DNA of 64,000 nucleotides, from positions 62,001 to 126,000 of the forward strand of contig NIVC01002882.1 in the NCBI GenBank assembly GCA_002269645.1, in the 5' to 3' direction. The stretch comes from Macrostomum lignano (Eukaryota). Numbering within the stretch: position 1 is the first letter of the stretch; each line of letters starts with the position of its first letter. Under the pieces are notes generated by a model. The model was not told the origin of the DNA. It searched no databases and saw only the letters and a list, made by a program, of their open reading frames with translations. Of this stretch, positions 1 to 12,438 are shown in pieces. Made by a program: the position numbers and the translations under genes.

Positions 1-118
1 TATCGTAAACTGTGCCTAAACTCTACACGGTACTCTAAAATCTACATTTTTAATATCAACAGTGAGCAAAAGCAGTTTGAAATATTTTTGTATCATAATA
101 ATAACAATACAAGTAATA

Positions 119-335
119 GGGTTGCAGCCTAGTGGTTGGACTCGGGACTTGAAGGTCGAAAGTTCGATTCCCGAACCCACCTGGAACAATTTGTGTCCTT
201 GAGCAAGGTACTCAACTATACATTGCTTCAGTTCACCCAGCATTAGCTTGGGTAATTGAGGGTGTGTGTGGCGACCCCCACCAGTCAATGACTGAATCAT
301 GGATTGAACAGACGTACGCAATTAGCTGCGCAATG
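119..335 (+). mobile_element. tRNA-derived SINE with CORE-like central domain, copy 1
   Basis: A-box-like CAGCCTAGTGG and B-box GTTCGATTCC, then GTGTCCTTGAGCAAG...CTTCAGTTCACCCAGC; same element at 20480, 22186, 34195. Confidence 0.75.
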
Positions 336-833
336 TAATCAATTATTATAGTAACTACGAATATAAACATTTTGTATTAATCATTAATATGTACCATTTT
401 TTATTCAGAATACCTTCAGCAGAATTTTGGAAGCAACGGAATTTGTTATTGACTTTGCTATCCATTGTTTTGTAATTTCTTACACACGCTGAGTATTATC
501 TACAATTTACAAGCTGACACCGCAAAATGCTTTTTTTGTCGAAAAATCTACAAGACTGCCGCCACACTGTAATGGGTTGGATGCTTCAGATGGTTCAGAC
601 AAAGACTGACAGTGTTACTTTTTCAATATCAAAAAGTCTTCTAACATGCATTTTGTGTAAGACCGATGGATGCGGTACAACCTGCATGTACTGCCGTGTT
701 TTCACCAATATTGACTTCATTTAAAGAATCCTGGACCCAGCTTTGCGATGCTATTCGACCAAAGTGTTGGTGATTTGATTTCTCTACAGCGGGCAAAGGC
801 TTCTGACAAATCACAAATAAATTCTTCAAGACC

Positions 834-1410
834 ATGGGCCCAGTTTCTGCACAATGCTGTCAGAAGAAAGATTGTGTCGACTGCAAGCGTATGTAAGTAA
901 TTTTATTCAGAACTGTTAATTGGGTTTTTAGGTGCGCGGCAAGGAAGCCTCTATGTTTGTTGCTCTCCTCAAAGAGGAATTTAAGAAGACACTCAAAAGA
1001 TTCCCGTACGCTCGTAGACTTTTGAGACTAAACTTGTACACATTTAAGGCTTCGCTCCGACAAGTTGTCTTTGGTCAAGGACCTGGATCCTTTCGTGTTC
1101 CATTGACCCTGTCATGCCTCTGTAAAGCAGTTCTTTAACGTTTTGACAATTTTAGAAGAGACAACTGCAATCCGCGAGACGGATGCTGCGTACACCCGAT
1201 GGGCACGTAAGTCGCATTGTTTATCTGCGCAGAATCGCCAGCACGAAGCTCTTTCCCCTACATGCACACTGCTACTCATTTCAGAGGCTGCGAACCCGCT
1301 ACAGACGATGTTGAATGTACAATGCTGTCGGCCATTGCTGGCGATGCTACCATAGATCCTGGAGTTCCAATCGAAGAGCCAAATCTAGCGAGCAGCCGTG
1401 GAGCGGATAA
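834..1410 (+). pseudogene. Decayed Cys-rich exon-like fragments, possibly related to the Cys/His micropeptide family
   Basis: 834-892 reads MGPVSAQCCQKKDCVDCKR then phase-2 GTAAGT; 1156-1206 is AG-bounded, phase 2/2, RDNCNPRDGCCVHPMG; downstream RRC*MYNAVGHCWRCYH; no continuous ORF. Confidence 0.35.
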
Positions 1411-1689
1411 TGCAGCTGACATCAGCATCGATTTTATCTAGCTGTGATCTTCGGGTCATTCTCAATGTCAGCAAAAGCTGACTGCTGACATATTTATACT
1501 TTTATATAAACTATCAATTCCTAAACAATATCTACATTTTGTTTTATTCAGAACAAATATTTTTAATAGCAAACGCTCAAAAACTAAGGTACTGGAAAAT
1601 AGGTAAGGCTAACAAAATTAGAACCCACGCATGTGCTATTTTTGGCCACATGGAAGTTTCCTGTTCTTAGCTTATACACTTTCTATCTT

Positions 1690-1850
1690 ATGTGTACACG
1701 CACTGTAAGTGACATTGTCACACAACCGGTGAGAGACATTACTGCTCATTCCGCTGACTCCCCTGAGCAGGCACACAAGCGCGCGGATACGTACGCAGTC
1801 ATACGTACAGGCAAACACACACACAGGAGTGCACAGCGGCCCAGTGCACC
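1690..1850 (+). repeat. Dispersed ~150 bp repeat
   Basis: Core GCYCATTCCGYNGAC...GAGCA..CAAGCG recurs at 41800-41950 (-), 43180-43255 (+), 60285-60345 (+). Confidence 0.6.
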
Positions 1851-2209
1851 AGTAAACCCAAACCTTGACTTGAATTTGGCCCAAAATTTCTTGAATTTGA
1901 CTTGACTTACACGTCACTGGCAGAGTACAAGTGCCTTGTTTGATAAAAAACATTTTCTTTTTACATTTTTTTGAAAAAGTAATCAAAGTCCTCCTATCGA
2001 GTCCTTGAGTTGCGGTATCCATATATATCATGTAGCTGGAAATTTTCTCTTTTTATGACCATATTATCTACAATATATTTGAAATAACAATGAATAAGCT
2101 AACAACTCTACGCTCGTAAACTCCTTTTGTCCATAAACAGTAAGCAATAGGCAGAAATCTTGTTTGAAACACAAATGTGTCAAGATCAGAGTCAAGATCA
2201 AAAAGATTT

Positions 2210-2790
2210 AGGATGAGAGAGAGTCGGGATCAGGATCGGAGAGTCAGGATGAGAGTGTCATGATCAGAGAGTCAGGATCAGAGAGTCAGGATCAGAGAGT
2301 CAGGATCAGAGAGTCAGGATCAGAGAGTCAGGATCAGAGAGTCAGGATCGGAGAGTCAGGATCAGAGAGTCAGGATCAGAGAGTCAGGATCGGAGAGTCA
2401 GGATCAGAGAGTCAGGTTCAGAGAGTCAGGATCAGAGAGTCGGGATCAGGATCGGAGAATCAGGATCAGAGAGTCGGGATGAGAGAGTCATGATCAGAGA
2501 GTCATGATCAGAGAGTCATGATGAGAGAGTCATGATCAGAGAGTCATGATCAGAGAGTCATGATCAGAGAGTCAGGATCAGAGAGTCATGATCAGAGAGT
2601 CATGATCAGAGAGTCATGATCAGAGAGTCATGATCAGAGAGTCATGATCAGAGAGTCATGATCAGAGAGTCATGATCAGAGAGTCATGATCAGAGAGTCA
2701 GGATCGGAGAGTCATGATCAGAGAGTCGGGATGAGAGAGTCATGATCAGAGAGTCATGATGAGAGAGTCAGGATCAGAGAGTCAGGATCC
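2210..2790. repeat. 14-bp tandem repeat (GAGTCAGGATCAGA / GAGTCATGATCAGA)
   Basis: Direct reading. Confidence 0.95.
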
Positions 2791-3536
2791 AAGTCAGTAT
2801 TTTCAATCTCATAAAACTCTACAAGTGTATTCTCTAATCAATCAGCATTCAGATGCAGCATTTTTTCTCACTAATACCGAAAAATTTATTTATTACCAAA
2901 ACTGACTGTTGACTCGGCAGTTTCGTGAGTACCAAAAATAGCACCCGATCGCTGTACATGCACGAGACATGAGGAACCGAAATCCTTTTCACTAGTCCAG
3001 GAACAGCTGGCGTGTGGTCTATTTTTAGCTCGTAGACAGTGGAAACTACCCACCTAATTTCTGGATTCTCCCAAATCACTAGTAACAGTAGAATGCCACC
3101 AAAGCGGTACTTCTGAGGCATTCTAGTGCCAAATAACATGACGTTAAGGTCTTAATGGCGTAATGCCTGAAAAAAGAGTTAGAATATGCATGGGGCAAGT
3201 AAGCTCGTGATTAATGTCATTTTCATAGATTCCAGAAGCAGAAAAGCGTCAGGGTTAATAATAACAATAACTTCCAAATATCCGAATCAAATCATGACTC
3301 TGCTATGCATTTAGAATGGGGTACTGCTAATCCCTTCTATATATTAATGAATAATTGGTTGGTCAAAGTTGATCCCATCAAGTTTAATATCGAATTTAGT
3401 GAGCTTATTTTCAATTGTCAAGCATGGGCAACCGTGGAAGCACCTGCACTAGCAGTGCTGATTCGCCTGACAATTCGTGCTGTACAGATCCCGACAACTG
3501 CGAACAGTGCCAGTAAGATCTGTACCTTCCTTTGTA

Positions 3537-3955
<419 letters not shown>

Positions 3956-5307
3956 CTCTCCTGAAAGTCAATTAGACATTTTAATTTCATTCATTGTCGG
4001 TGCCAAATGTGCAACTCAATTTTAATCCCGTTTTTCTAGAGAGGTAAAAAGGAAAGCAAGAAGTTTGAAGAAAAAGGAGCCATGCTGTCACAAGCACGCA
4101 GACAAAAAATTGGCACAGGGGTCTAGCTAGATACTGCATTGAGAGACTGCAATGAATTGAGTTGGCCCGAGTAGTGACAACACCTTCACCCATCAACAGT
4201 CCAATAGCGGCAATCATGTTTTAAAGCCGATTCTTTATTCCGAATATATATGACTGCGAGCAAATTTGAGTTTCTTGAGTAATGGCTCGTAAAAATTCAA
4301 GTTTTTTGAAGTCATTGTTCACTAGGACTTTAATACCACCTTTATGTGCTCTTTTTGAAAATTATCAAACTTGTTTTTTCACCTACTCATTAATTGGTGT
4401 TTTTGTTTTTTTATTTTTTTATTAGAGGCGGGGGTTGTGTGCACCCTGGCGGCCTCATTAAAAATTAAAAAATGTAATCTGTGTGCCGAAACCAGTTGAA
4501 AATAAATGCAAAAGAAATCATCATCCCCACAAGTCTATGTATTGTACTCGTAGTCCTGGTTACTATACGAGATACGCTGCATGTACGAGTATTACAAGGT
4601 TATAGCTGACCACAATAAACTGGGAAGACCTCAACGCCTGATCTATACTTAGCACCGGCGTTGGATTCTATATGTACGAGCATAGATTTACCTCGCTGCG
4701 TACAAGCCATAGTGGAACTTAGCTCGTACATTAGTTAGCTACATGGACAGATTTACACTATGTGCAAGCGTACATCCGTTTAATTACTTTCAATCTAGTA
4801 TATTTAGCCGTCTAACTCTGTACGAGTATACTATTTCGTAGTTGAAGTACGCTAAAGCTTTGTTGAATCGTAAAGCACTTTCTACAAGATGATTCAGTTG
4901 TATCGTTAAAGATAGCAGCATTTGGTTAAGATTCTTGAGTGTATCCTTGCTACAATCAAACTTTTATTGTCATCAACTTTCAGTTGTTAATTACCAACCA
5001 ACGGACAAAACTATTGATAGTAGACATTACTCAATCTCTGATTTGAATTGATGTGTTTACTTTCATAGGCTGTGATTTGTACATATACGGAGTAAGTTTT
5101 GGTGTAAGGTACGAGTAGGGTCAAGGTGGACAGAATACATGCTTTTAAAATCACGTAGGTAGAATGGATGAGATCTGTGCTGAGAACAGGATAGATCTGT
5201 TTATAATAGATTCTAACAATGACGTCTACATGTACAGATCGAATGATAGATTTAGTGAGGCACAGTCTCTGGCTATGCTTTCATATTGTTTGTGGAAGTC
5301 GATTTCT

Positions 5308-5472
5308 CGGGCTGACACCATGCTACCCGTGGGGTATTTTCTGCCCCTCGTTGTTAGTGAGTAAGCAAGTCAGTAATTACTTTGACTCTCAGCAGTCAAT
5401 ATCCACTATGTTGTAGCGTAATTTGTTGATAGGATTGCTTGGAGCGAAGGAAGGTGCTGCTGCAATCACTGA
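5308..5472 (+). pseudogene. Type-C Cys micropeptide pseudogene (C1)
   Basis: Exon 1 LTPCYPWGIFCP.. lacks ATG and carries a 1-bp insertion; exon 2 5433-5472 IAWSEGRCCCNH* matches C2/C4 including stop position; shares ~750 bp of upstream sequence (from ~4560). Confidence 0.75.
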
Positions 5473-5499
5473 TCAGTATTTTCCGCCGCTACTGTGACC

Positions 5500-7026
5500 G
5501 CTTCTAACGTCTTGTGTCGGGGATTTAGGGAAGAAACTGTTGAGCATTAGCTCTAGATTCTCTTCAGAGCTCTCTGTGACCGAGCCATCAGGTCTCTTCA
5601 CAACAGAGAGTTTAGAAAAACGGTCATTAGTGATTGCCTTAACCACGCGGGCTACGGGGCGAGAGCCCTCAAGCCCTTCGCAATATTGGCGCCACTTGGC
5701 CGTCTTGGCCCTTCTGACTTGGCCCTTAAACTCGTGGATCGCACGGGTATAGGCCTCGCTATCAGAAGGGTCTTTGGTTTTGAGCGCTCGCCTTTGGAGG
5801 GTCCTGGCTCGGCGCCGAAGGGCCCCGAGCTCTGGGTTCCACCAGGGAGCAGATTTCTTGCCTTTGTAGGCTTTTAGAGGACAGGCTGCTTCAAATGCAG
5901 TGGCCCAGGGAGGAGGCGAGATCATCCACCACCTGGCAGTCTGAGAGGTCACTGGGGGGGGGTCAAGATCCCGAAGGCCACGGCTCAGCTTCGAGCCAAA
6001 GGCGGCCCAATCGGTATTCCTGACGTTCCGACTCCAAGTGACCTTAGGCTTTTGCTTGGTCGGCCCAATGCAAAAACGGATAAAGCGGTGGTCCGAGAGC
6101 GAGTCCTCGTCCCACACTCGCCAGCCCGTAACTGCGGAGAGCAGTCCGGGTGAGGCGATGGTGGTGTCGATGACTTCGGCCCACCGCCCGTTATTGAACG
6201 TTGGTGCATTTCCCACGTTACAGAAATTGAGGTTTGTGCTGCTGACGTAGGCCAGCAGCTCCTCGCCTCTGTTATTGGTGTTCTTGCTGCCCCAATGCAG
6301 GTGGTGTGCGTTCACATCCCCTGCAATGAACAGCTCGACCGACGGGACGCGGCGTAGTCAATGAGGCTGACTAGCGCGTCGCAGACTACTGGGGCATCGC
6401 CTGGGAAATAGGCAGATGCTACCAGCACAGGTTTATTTGGAATGAAGCTATTGATTTGAACAACACAGATGTCCCAAGTCGAGAGATCAGGTCTCATCCA
6501 TGCCTCAAAAGCTTTTGCAGCAAAGACCAGAGATCTTGGGCGACGCTGAGAGTCCGCCATGCAAAAACAGGGGTAGCCAGATGGCACATTATTTGGCTTA
6601 CCTTTAGTCATCCAGGGCTCCTGCACGAAGACCAGGCCCGGAAGCTGTTGCTCTGTCGTGCGCATCAGGTTGACTGACGCCCGCCACGCAGTGCTGGGTG
6701 TTGATCTGCAGATACCAGGTAGCCGCTGGCATCAGTGCAGATCGGGTGTTGCAGTCGCCAGGAGTTCCTCCTCCTCCTCGGCGCTCACCAGCTTCGGGTC
6801 GGGGTCGCCGGTGTCCATGGGCTCCTCTTCAGCAAAAGGCCCCCGATTGGTCGGAAGGCAGTAGGCAGCGTTCGCCGCCCTTCGCCAGCCGGCCACGGGG
6901 TCCTCCGCTTCAGACTGGCCCAATGCCCTGGAGCAGCCAGCCGCCTGGGCAGGGGGGTCCGTCTCCAGTCGGCCCTGCCCCGAGGGGTTGGGCCCAGCTG
7001 GGACGTCCCCACCCTCCGTCCCTCAC
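5500..7026 (-). mobile_element. LINE internal fragment (ORF1 3' end + APE endonuclease part of ORF2), Loa/R1-like
   Basis: ORF2 starts MPAATWYLQINTQHC..LVFVQEPW..GDVNAHHLHWGS..IDTT..SDHRFIRF; frameshifts near 6680 and 6350; ends before RT. Confidence 0.9.
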
Positions 7027-7149
7027 AGTCAGTGAGTGAGTGACAGTCAGTCAGTCAGTCACCCACTCACTCAAGTCAGTCAGTCAGTCACTCACTCACT
7101 CACTCACTCAAGTCAGTCAGTCAGTCATTATTTTTCGTACACTACTAAG

Positions 7150-7279
7150 ACAGGCCAGGAGAGCCGGAAGTTGCTGCTGCGTACATTATTGGCTAAGAAG
7201 TATTCATCGGATTTTTGCGGTTGCTGTAGCAGCAGCTGAGCTTGTTTCTTGTTGCACTGGTATTTTGACGTCAATTTGA
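7150..7279 (+). pseudogene. Type-B Cys micropeptide, orphan exon 2 (B1)
   Basis: TAAG acceptor aligns with B2; QARRAGSCCCVHYWLRSIHRIFAVAVAAA..; exon 1 replaced by LINE fragment; 1-bp insertion in tail; preceded by AGTC repeat as in the B3 intron. Confidence 0.7.
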
Positions 7280-7845
7280 AAATTTTGAAGTCTCAGTGCT
7301 CGCAGAGCCCACAGAAAACTATGCGTACAACTAATAGAGTATCAATGAGTTTTGTTAAATCAGAAGCATATTTCATTTCATTTAAATGTAATTTGGCCTA
7401 CATATAAATGATGTTTCGATAGATACATGTAATTAAGATACGCTGCATGCTCTCACAGACTACAAACTGGAAAGTACCTAATCGCTGATCTATACTTAGC
7501 ACAGGCGTTGGGTTCTATTTTAGTTCAACGTTTTCGGTTTCGCTGCATACTTCAGCTAGTAGCCATAGTGGAACTTACTTGTACATTAGCTAGCTATGCT
7601 CGTACAATAGAAAGGAGACTTACGAGCGTATACTAAAATGTACATTTATAGCTGTACTGTGCATAGTACACCCCGATTAGGGATTTCCAATCTATGCTTA
7701 ATTACAAGCAATACTTAATGTCTAACTCTGTAGAAATACCCATTTGTATATACACTATAGCTTCGTTACGAAAGGGTATTTTGAAGTATTGTTGAATCGT
7801 AAAGCACTTCCTACAAGTATACGGATTTATAGTAAAACTAGTAAC

Positions 7846-7908
7846 CAGGTACAACTTTTTCGCCATGATTTGGCTTGTTTCGCGTCCCGGTAGTTTAAGT
7901 TGTCCCTG
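7846..7908. mobile_element. 63-bp MITE with 12-bp imperfect TIRs and 8-bp TSD
   Basis: CTAGTAAC|CAGGTACAACTT...AAGTTGTCCCTG|CTAGTAAC; absent from the paralogous position near 4890-4920. Confidence 0.8.
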
Positions 7909-8320
7909 CTAGTAACGTTCAGTTAAGATGCTTGGTCGAACGTTTACTACAATTACAACTTTTTTGTCATCAACTTTCAGTTTTTAATTACAAACTAACA
8001 GATAAACTAGCGAATACTCCATCTCTGAGTTGAATCGATTCGCCCAGATGCAGAGCAAATTTCAGTGTAAGGTACGATTAGAGGGCAGATGGTTGGTTAG
8101 AATTATAATTTTCAGTCCACAAAGAATGGATGAGATCTCTGTTTAGAACAGGGTAGATCCATTTAGAATGGAAGGTCCTGGCGTTCCAATACTGTAATGA
8201 CGTCTTCATGGACAGATGATACATTTAATGAAGCACAGCCTCTGGGTGGGTTTTTTACTTTTTGAGTAAGTTGATATTTCTCTAATTTATTTTAAAACTC
8301 ACAACTCGCACTGAGACTAT

Positions 8321-8484
8321 ATGGCGTCAAATTGCTGCCCGTTGGGTATTTTCTGTCCTTTTTGTTGGTAAGTACAGAAGTCAGCAATTTCATTTACTCT
8401 CAGCAGACAGTATCGACTACACTTTAATCGCAATGTGTTTATAGGATTGCTTGGAGCCAAGGAAGGTGCTGCTGTAGGCACTGA
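8321..8484 (+). CDS. Type-C Cys/His micropeptide C2, 28 aa
   Basis: Exons 8321-8367 + 8445-8484, GTAAGT..TAG phase-2 intron: MASNCCPLGIFCPFCWIAWSQGRCCCRH*. Confidence 0.7.
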
Positions 8485-8766
8485 GCAGCATTTGATGCCG
8501 CTGCCGCTGTGTCCACTTCTAACTTCGTGAGGAAGTCGATTGAACAATGTTTGGATCGTAGGCTCGTATTAGTGTTCCTGAAAATCTATTGGTATACTCG
8601 TATTTATCTTTTACATCTTGGCTCAAAACTATTTTTTTTATTTTTAGTTTTTACAACAAAACTTTAATTTTTAATTTCAAATTTTAATTTTTTTTAAACT
8701 GTTTAACAAAATATTAATTAAATCCCCTGTTTTGAATACGAGCTAAATTTGTTTTTTATTGCCCAC

Positions 8767-10829
8767 TTAACCTCTACGCGACGGGTGGGGTTTAGCATCA
8801 CCCCTGTTGCCGACGGCTGTCCCGAAATCGGGACATAGACTATTGGACAGTCGCTAAAGTTGCTGCTGCAGCACCCCCTTTCCCGCCGGTTTCTCTCTGT
8901 GGCGACTGTCTTAGTCATTTCTTAATTTGATCTGCACTTGTCTCTATTTACTTTTTTTTCTCTCTTTGTCCAGTTCAGTCTTGTTATTTTTATCTGTTTC
9001 CCTCGCTGCCTTCTGATTGGCTCTTCAACCTCGCCTCTTTTAGTCGCGAGTTCCATCCCCTTTTTTATTATCTGCACTCCCCCTCCTTAGTTTAATGTCT
9101 TTTAAATATATTCGTTTAGGGCCCTGTCCAATTACAATTAAATAGCCTCTCTTATTTTTCCTGCACTTTCACTCTAACTATATATTTACTGTCTCACTGG
9201 CTGCTGCGCTTACTCGCGTTGTTATTGCCATGGAATCTGAAAACGAATACGCAGCCATTTTCACTGATGACGACTCGCTGGAGTCGCTAGATAGAATCGA
9301 GGACGAGTTGATGGAGGAAGAAGGCGAAGAATAAGAAGAAGAAGAAGAAGGCATGCAGACAGAGGAAGTTGGTGATGTACCAGAGTGGCACTTTGTTCAG
9401 ACTGGAATGGATGCTGTGCCGAATGAAGCCGAGTTTCTGGGAACACCAGGGGTTCACCCAGATTGGAGGCCTCAAGCTTCAGCTGATGGAAACGAAGAGG
9501 AGTTTCTGCGTCTCTACCTCACTGATGGAATCATTGCAAGCGTGAAAACCTGGACGAATCGTAGGGCGTGGAAGATATTCAAGGAGTGCGCTGACGAAGA
9601 GCAGTTGCCGAAGCTGGTAAAGAACTGGAGAGATTGTACAGATGATGAGGTGAGGAAGCTGTTCTGTTGATGGGCCTGGACAAAAAGCCGGAGATCAGCA
9701 GCTACTGGAGCCAGGACCCTGTTTTCCATTGCTCCTTTCTGTCCATGCCCAATGCCCTCCGAGAGATAGGTTCAAGTAGCTGCTTTCCTGCCTTCGTTTC
9801 TACGACTGCACGGATGTCCAGGAAGGGCCCTTGGCCAAGATCCAGCGGACAGGAAGAGCAGCGGAACAAAGACCGTGTATCTCCTGGACACTGCTGGGCA
9901 GGCTGCCTGTGTGAACGTGCCCCGAGTCCGTCGGGGAGGCGAGCAGCAGGTGATCGCAAAGCCAGTGACAGTGGTCACCTACTCGAAGAGTATGGGCGGC
10001 GTGGACCGTATGGATTCGGCAGCGAACCCCTACCTGGCCAGCCGGAAAACGCAGCGCTGGTTTCAGAAACTCGCGTTTTACCTGCTGCTGCTTCTGGTTC
10101 GGAACTCGTGGATCGTCTACCGCCAGCACGGAGGTACCAAGACTTTCGTGGCGTTTCTGCGCAAAGCAGTCAGCATCTTGGTGGAGGAGACTGGCAGGGG
10201 CAGGCGCCATTTCGCTGTCAGGGCAGGCCGTCCTGCAGCAGTCGGACCGGCAGGTGACGGCCCTGCAGTACAGCATTTGCCGACCAAAGCTCCATTGAAC
10301 GCTGCCCATGTTCGGCCGTGCAATCAATGCCGCGTGTGCAGCGAGAACCGAATCGCGAAGAAGACAGTGTACATATGCCCTGATTGTCCGGGAGTACCAG
10401 CACTTTGTATAGGCCAGTACTTCAGAAACTGGCACAGCCAACCGCACTGACTGTTACAGACCTTCTCGTCTTCATGTTTTTTTCTTCCACACCCTCGGTT
10501 GACTTTGCTCTTTCCATTCCTAACCCGCTCCCTTTTTGTCCCCACCCTTGAATAAAATTTAAATATTTATGGAGTACCCTAACAAGGAGCTTTCCGTTGC
10601 TATGGTGTCAATCCAAAATTATCTGTTCTAATCCTGTTTCTGTTCTGTTAGCACTTTCACTTATTTTAAATTAAAATAAAGCTGTGTGTCCCGTTTTTGG
10701 GACATAGCCGTCGGCAACGGCAGTGCAGCGCAGCTGCAGTTTTGACCATAGAGCTTAGTTTTAAGTTTTCGGCTGAAGCAGAAGTGGCTGCTTGTCCCGT
10801 ATTCGGGACATCCGTCGGCTTACCGTTAA
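8767..10829 (+). mobile_element. piggyBac element, internally deleted
   Basis: TTAA at 8767-8770 and 10826-10829; inverted subterminal motif GTTGCCGACGG..GTCCC..GGGAC at both ends; empty-site-like TTAAATAAAAA..TTTTACG.GAC at ~23512. Confidence 0.8.
9230..10450 (+). pseudogene. piggyBac transposase pseudogene
   Basis: Acidic N-terminus, MGLDKKPEISSYWS..RDRF..LRFYD, YSKSMGGVDRMD, C-terminal CRVC..C..C..ALC..W-H domain; stops, frameshifts, and deletion of most of the catalytic core near 9848. Confidence 0.92.
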
Positions 10830-10849
10830 ATAAAAAAAGGTTTTACGAG

Positions 10850-11110
10850 ACGCACCAAAAAGTTCATTCCAGCTATCAGAAAACAAAGTACATGTATCGG
10901 CATTCGTTCTTTGCGTTTGTAAGCCGGAGAGTCGGAACTCGTGGAATTGGAGATGGACTGTGGGGCCGCAACCGTCGTTTTCCACTCAAACGAGACAGGA
11001 GAGGTCCAGGAGAGTTGCCTGTAGTTGAAGATGGGATTTTGCATGGGCGTTCATCGGATATCTATCGAAGTAGAACATGAGAGATACTCGTATAATTTAC
11101 AGATGTTCAT
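10850..11110 (+). repeat. Duplicated segment D of unknown nature
   Basis: Aligns with 23520-23830; both lie just downstream of a type-C gene. Confidence 0.55.
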
Positions 11111-11159
11111 TACGAGAAAGGATCCGAGAGAATCAGGATCAGAACAGTCAGGACCAGAG

Positions 11160-11737
11160 TTTTCACCACTCGGATCAACCAGTGGGTGGCTTCAAAGCAC
11201 AGGGAGAGGTAGGCTAACGCCCCGACTGCCGGCAATCCCGCGCGACTGTCCCCTGTCCTTCCTCCGCCCTGCGCAGGGACCTGCCTGGACTCAACCGCGG
11301 GGACATCAGGGCGGTGACCATGGCTTTCTCGGGTCATGGCTGCTTTGCTAGGCATCGCTACCCCCAGGAGAAAATCCGCAGTGAGGAATGCCCTTTCTGC
11401 CTCTCCGGTGTCGAGAATGCGGAGCACTTCATCTGTGAATGCCCCGCCTTTACTCAGGACAGGCTCAACTACCTCGGCCCAAACCCGGACCTCTTCGACG
11501 TTTTCAGGCCCGAGAATCTCTGCCAGCTCGTCAGCTACCTAAGGGCTACCGGGCGAGCGACAATCCACCTCCTGGACTCTCCGGAGGGGGACCGCGCTGC
11601 GGACACTGGCGCCACCGGAACTCTCTGCGCAACAGCGCAGCACTAGCTGCCCGTGGTCGCCAGGGGTTAGCGAAATGGGCGGCAACGCCTCCTCGCTGTT
11701 TCCGGACGCACGGAGCCCCCTGCAGCTAAGTCAAGTA
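11160..11737 (+). mobile_element. 5'-truncated LINE 3' end (post-RNase H region, CCHC knuckle)
   Basis: [27 protein letters not shown]; close to copy at 19572-20418; tail AAGTCAAGTAAAGTC. Confidence 0.88.
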
Positions 11738-11739
11738 AA

Positions 11740-11950
11740 GTCAGGACCAGAAGAGTCAGGACCAGAAGAGTCAGGACCAGAAGAGTCAGGACCAGAAGAG
11801 TCAGGACCAGAAGAGTCAGGACCAGAAGAGTCAGGACCAGAAGAGTCAGGACCAGAAGAGTCAGGACCAGAAGAGTCAGGACCAGAAGAGTCAGGATCAG
11901 AAGAGTCAGGACCAGAGAGTCAGGACCAGAAGAATCAGGATCAGGATCAG
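11740..11950. repeat. 15-bp tandem repeat (GAGTCAGGACCAGAA)
   Basis: Direct reading. Confidence 0.95.
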
Positions 11951-12438
11951 ACAGTCATATTCATATTGATAAGCTATATTGTATGGCGCCCCTAATAAGA
12001 TATTAAAAATGGCCATTCCCAACAAGCTGTCTTACATCCTTAAATCCCCCTTCTATATAGCGTCGAGCGCTCTTTTTGCGTCCGTGCTTATGAGCGTAAA
12101 TGTTTGTCATGCTTTGAATTTTATTGAAAGCGTTGCCAATTCGAGGTTGTGGCACAATGAAATGAATATCATTTAGCTTCTTTCATCTCCCACCAGAGCT
12201 ACAGAAACACAGTCTACCTCCTACTCTCGTACAGGTAGTGTACCACCTTAGAGTACTACCTTGTTCTGAAAAAACGTTCTGCTTGAGGCTATTGCTGTTC
12301 GAAACGTTTGGAACCAAAATAGCGAGATTTTTTAGAGATAATTGGCAACATAAAGGTTACTGTGGGCCAATGTGGTTTAACAAATTATCAAACAAGTAGC
12401 AATTTTTTACATTGTCAGTTTAAACGAATAAAGACCAA

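Noticed and set aside
2849-3530. Minus-strand hydrophobic ORF pieces ([19 protein letters not shown])
   Set aside because: Short, no start or splice support, no recognisable family
4560-5500. Non-autonomous Helitron/MITE interpretation of the 900-bp repeat
   Set aside because: No TIRs, TSD or CTAG-hairpin end found; copies end in a conserved spliced ORF, so treated as gene duplication
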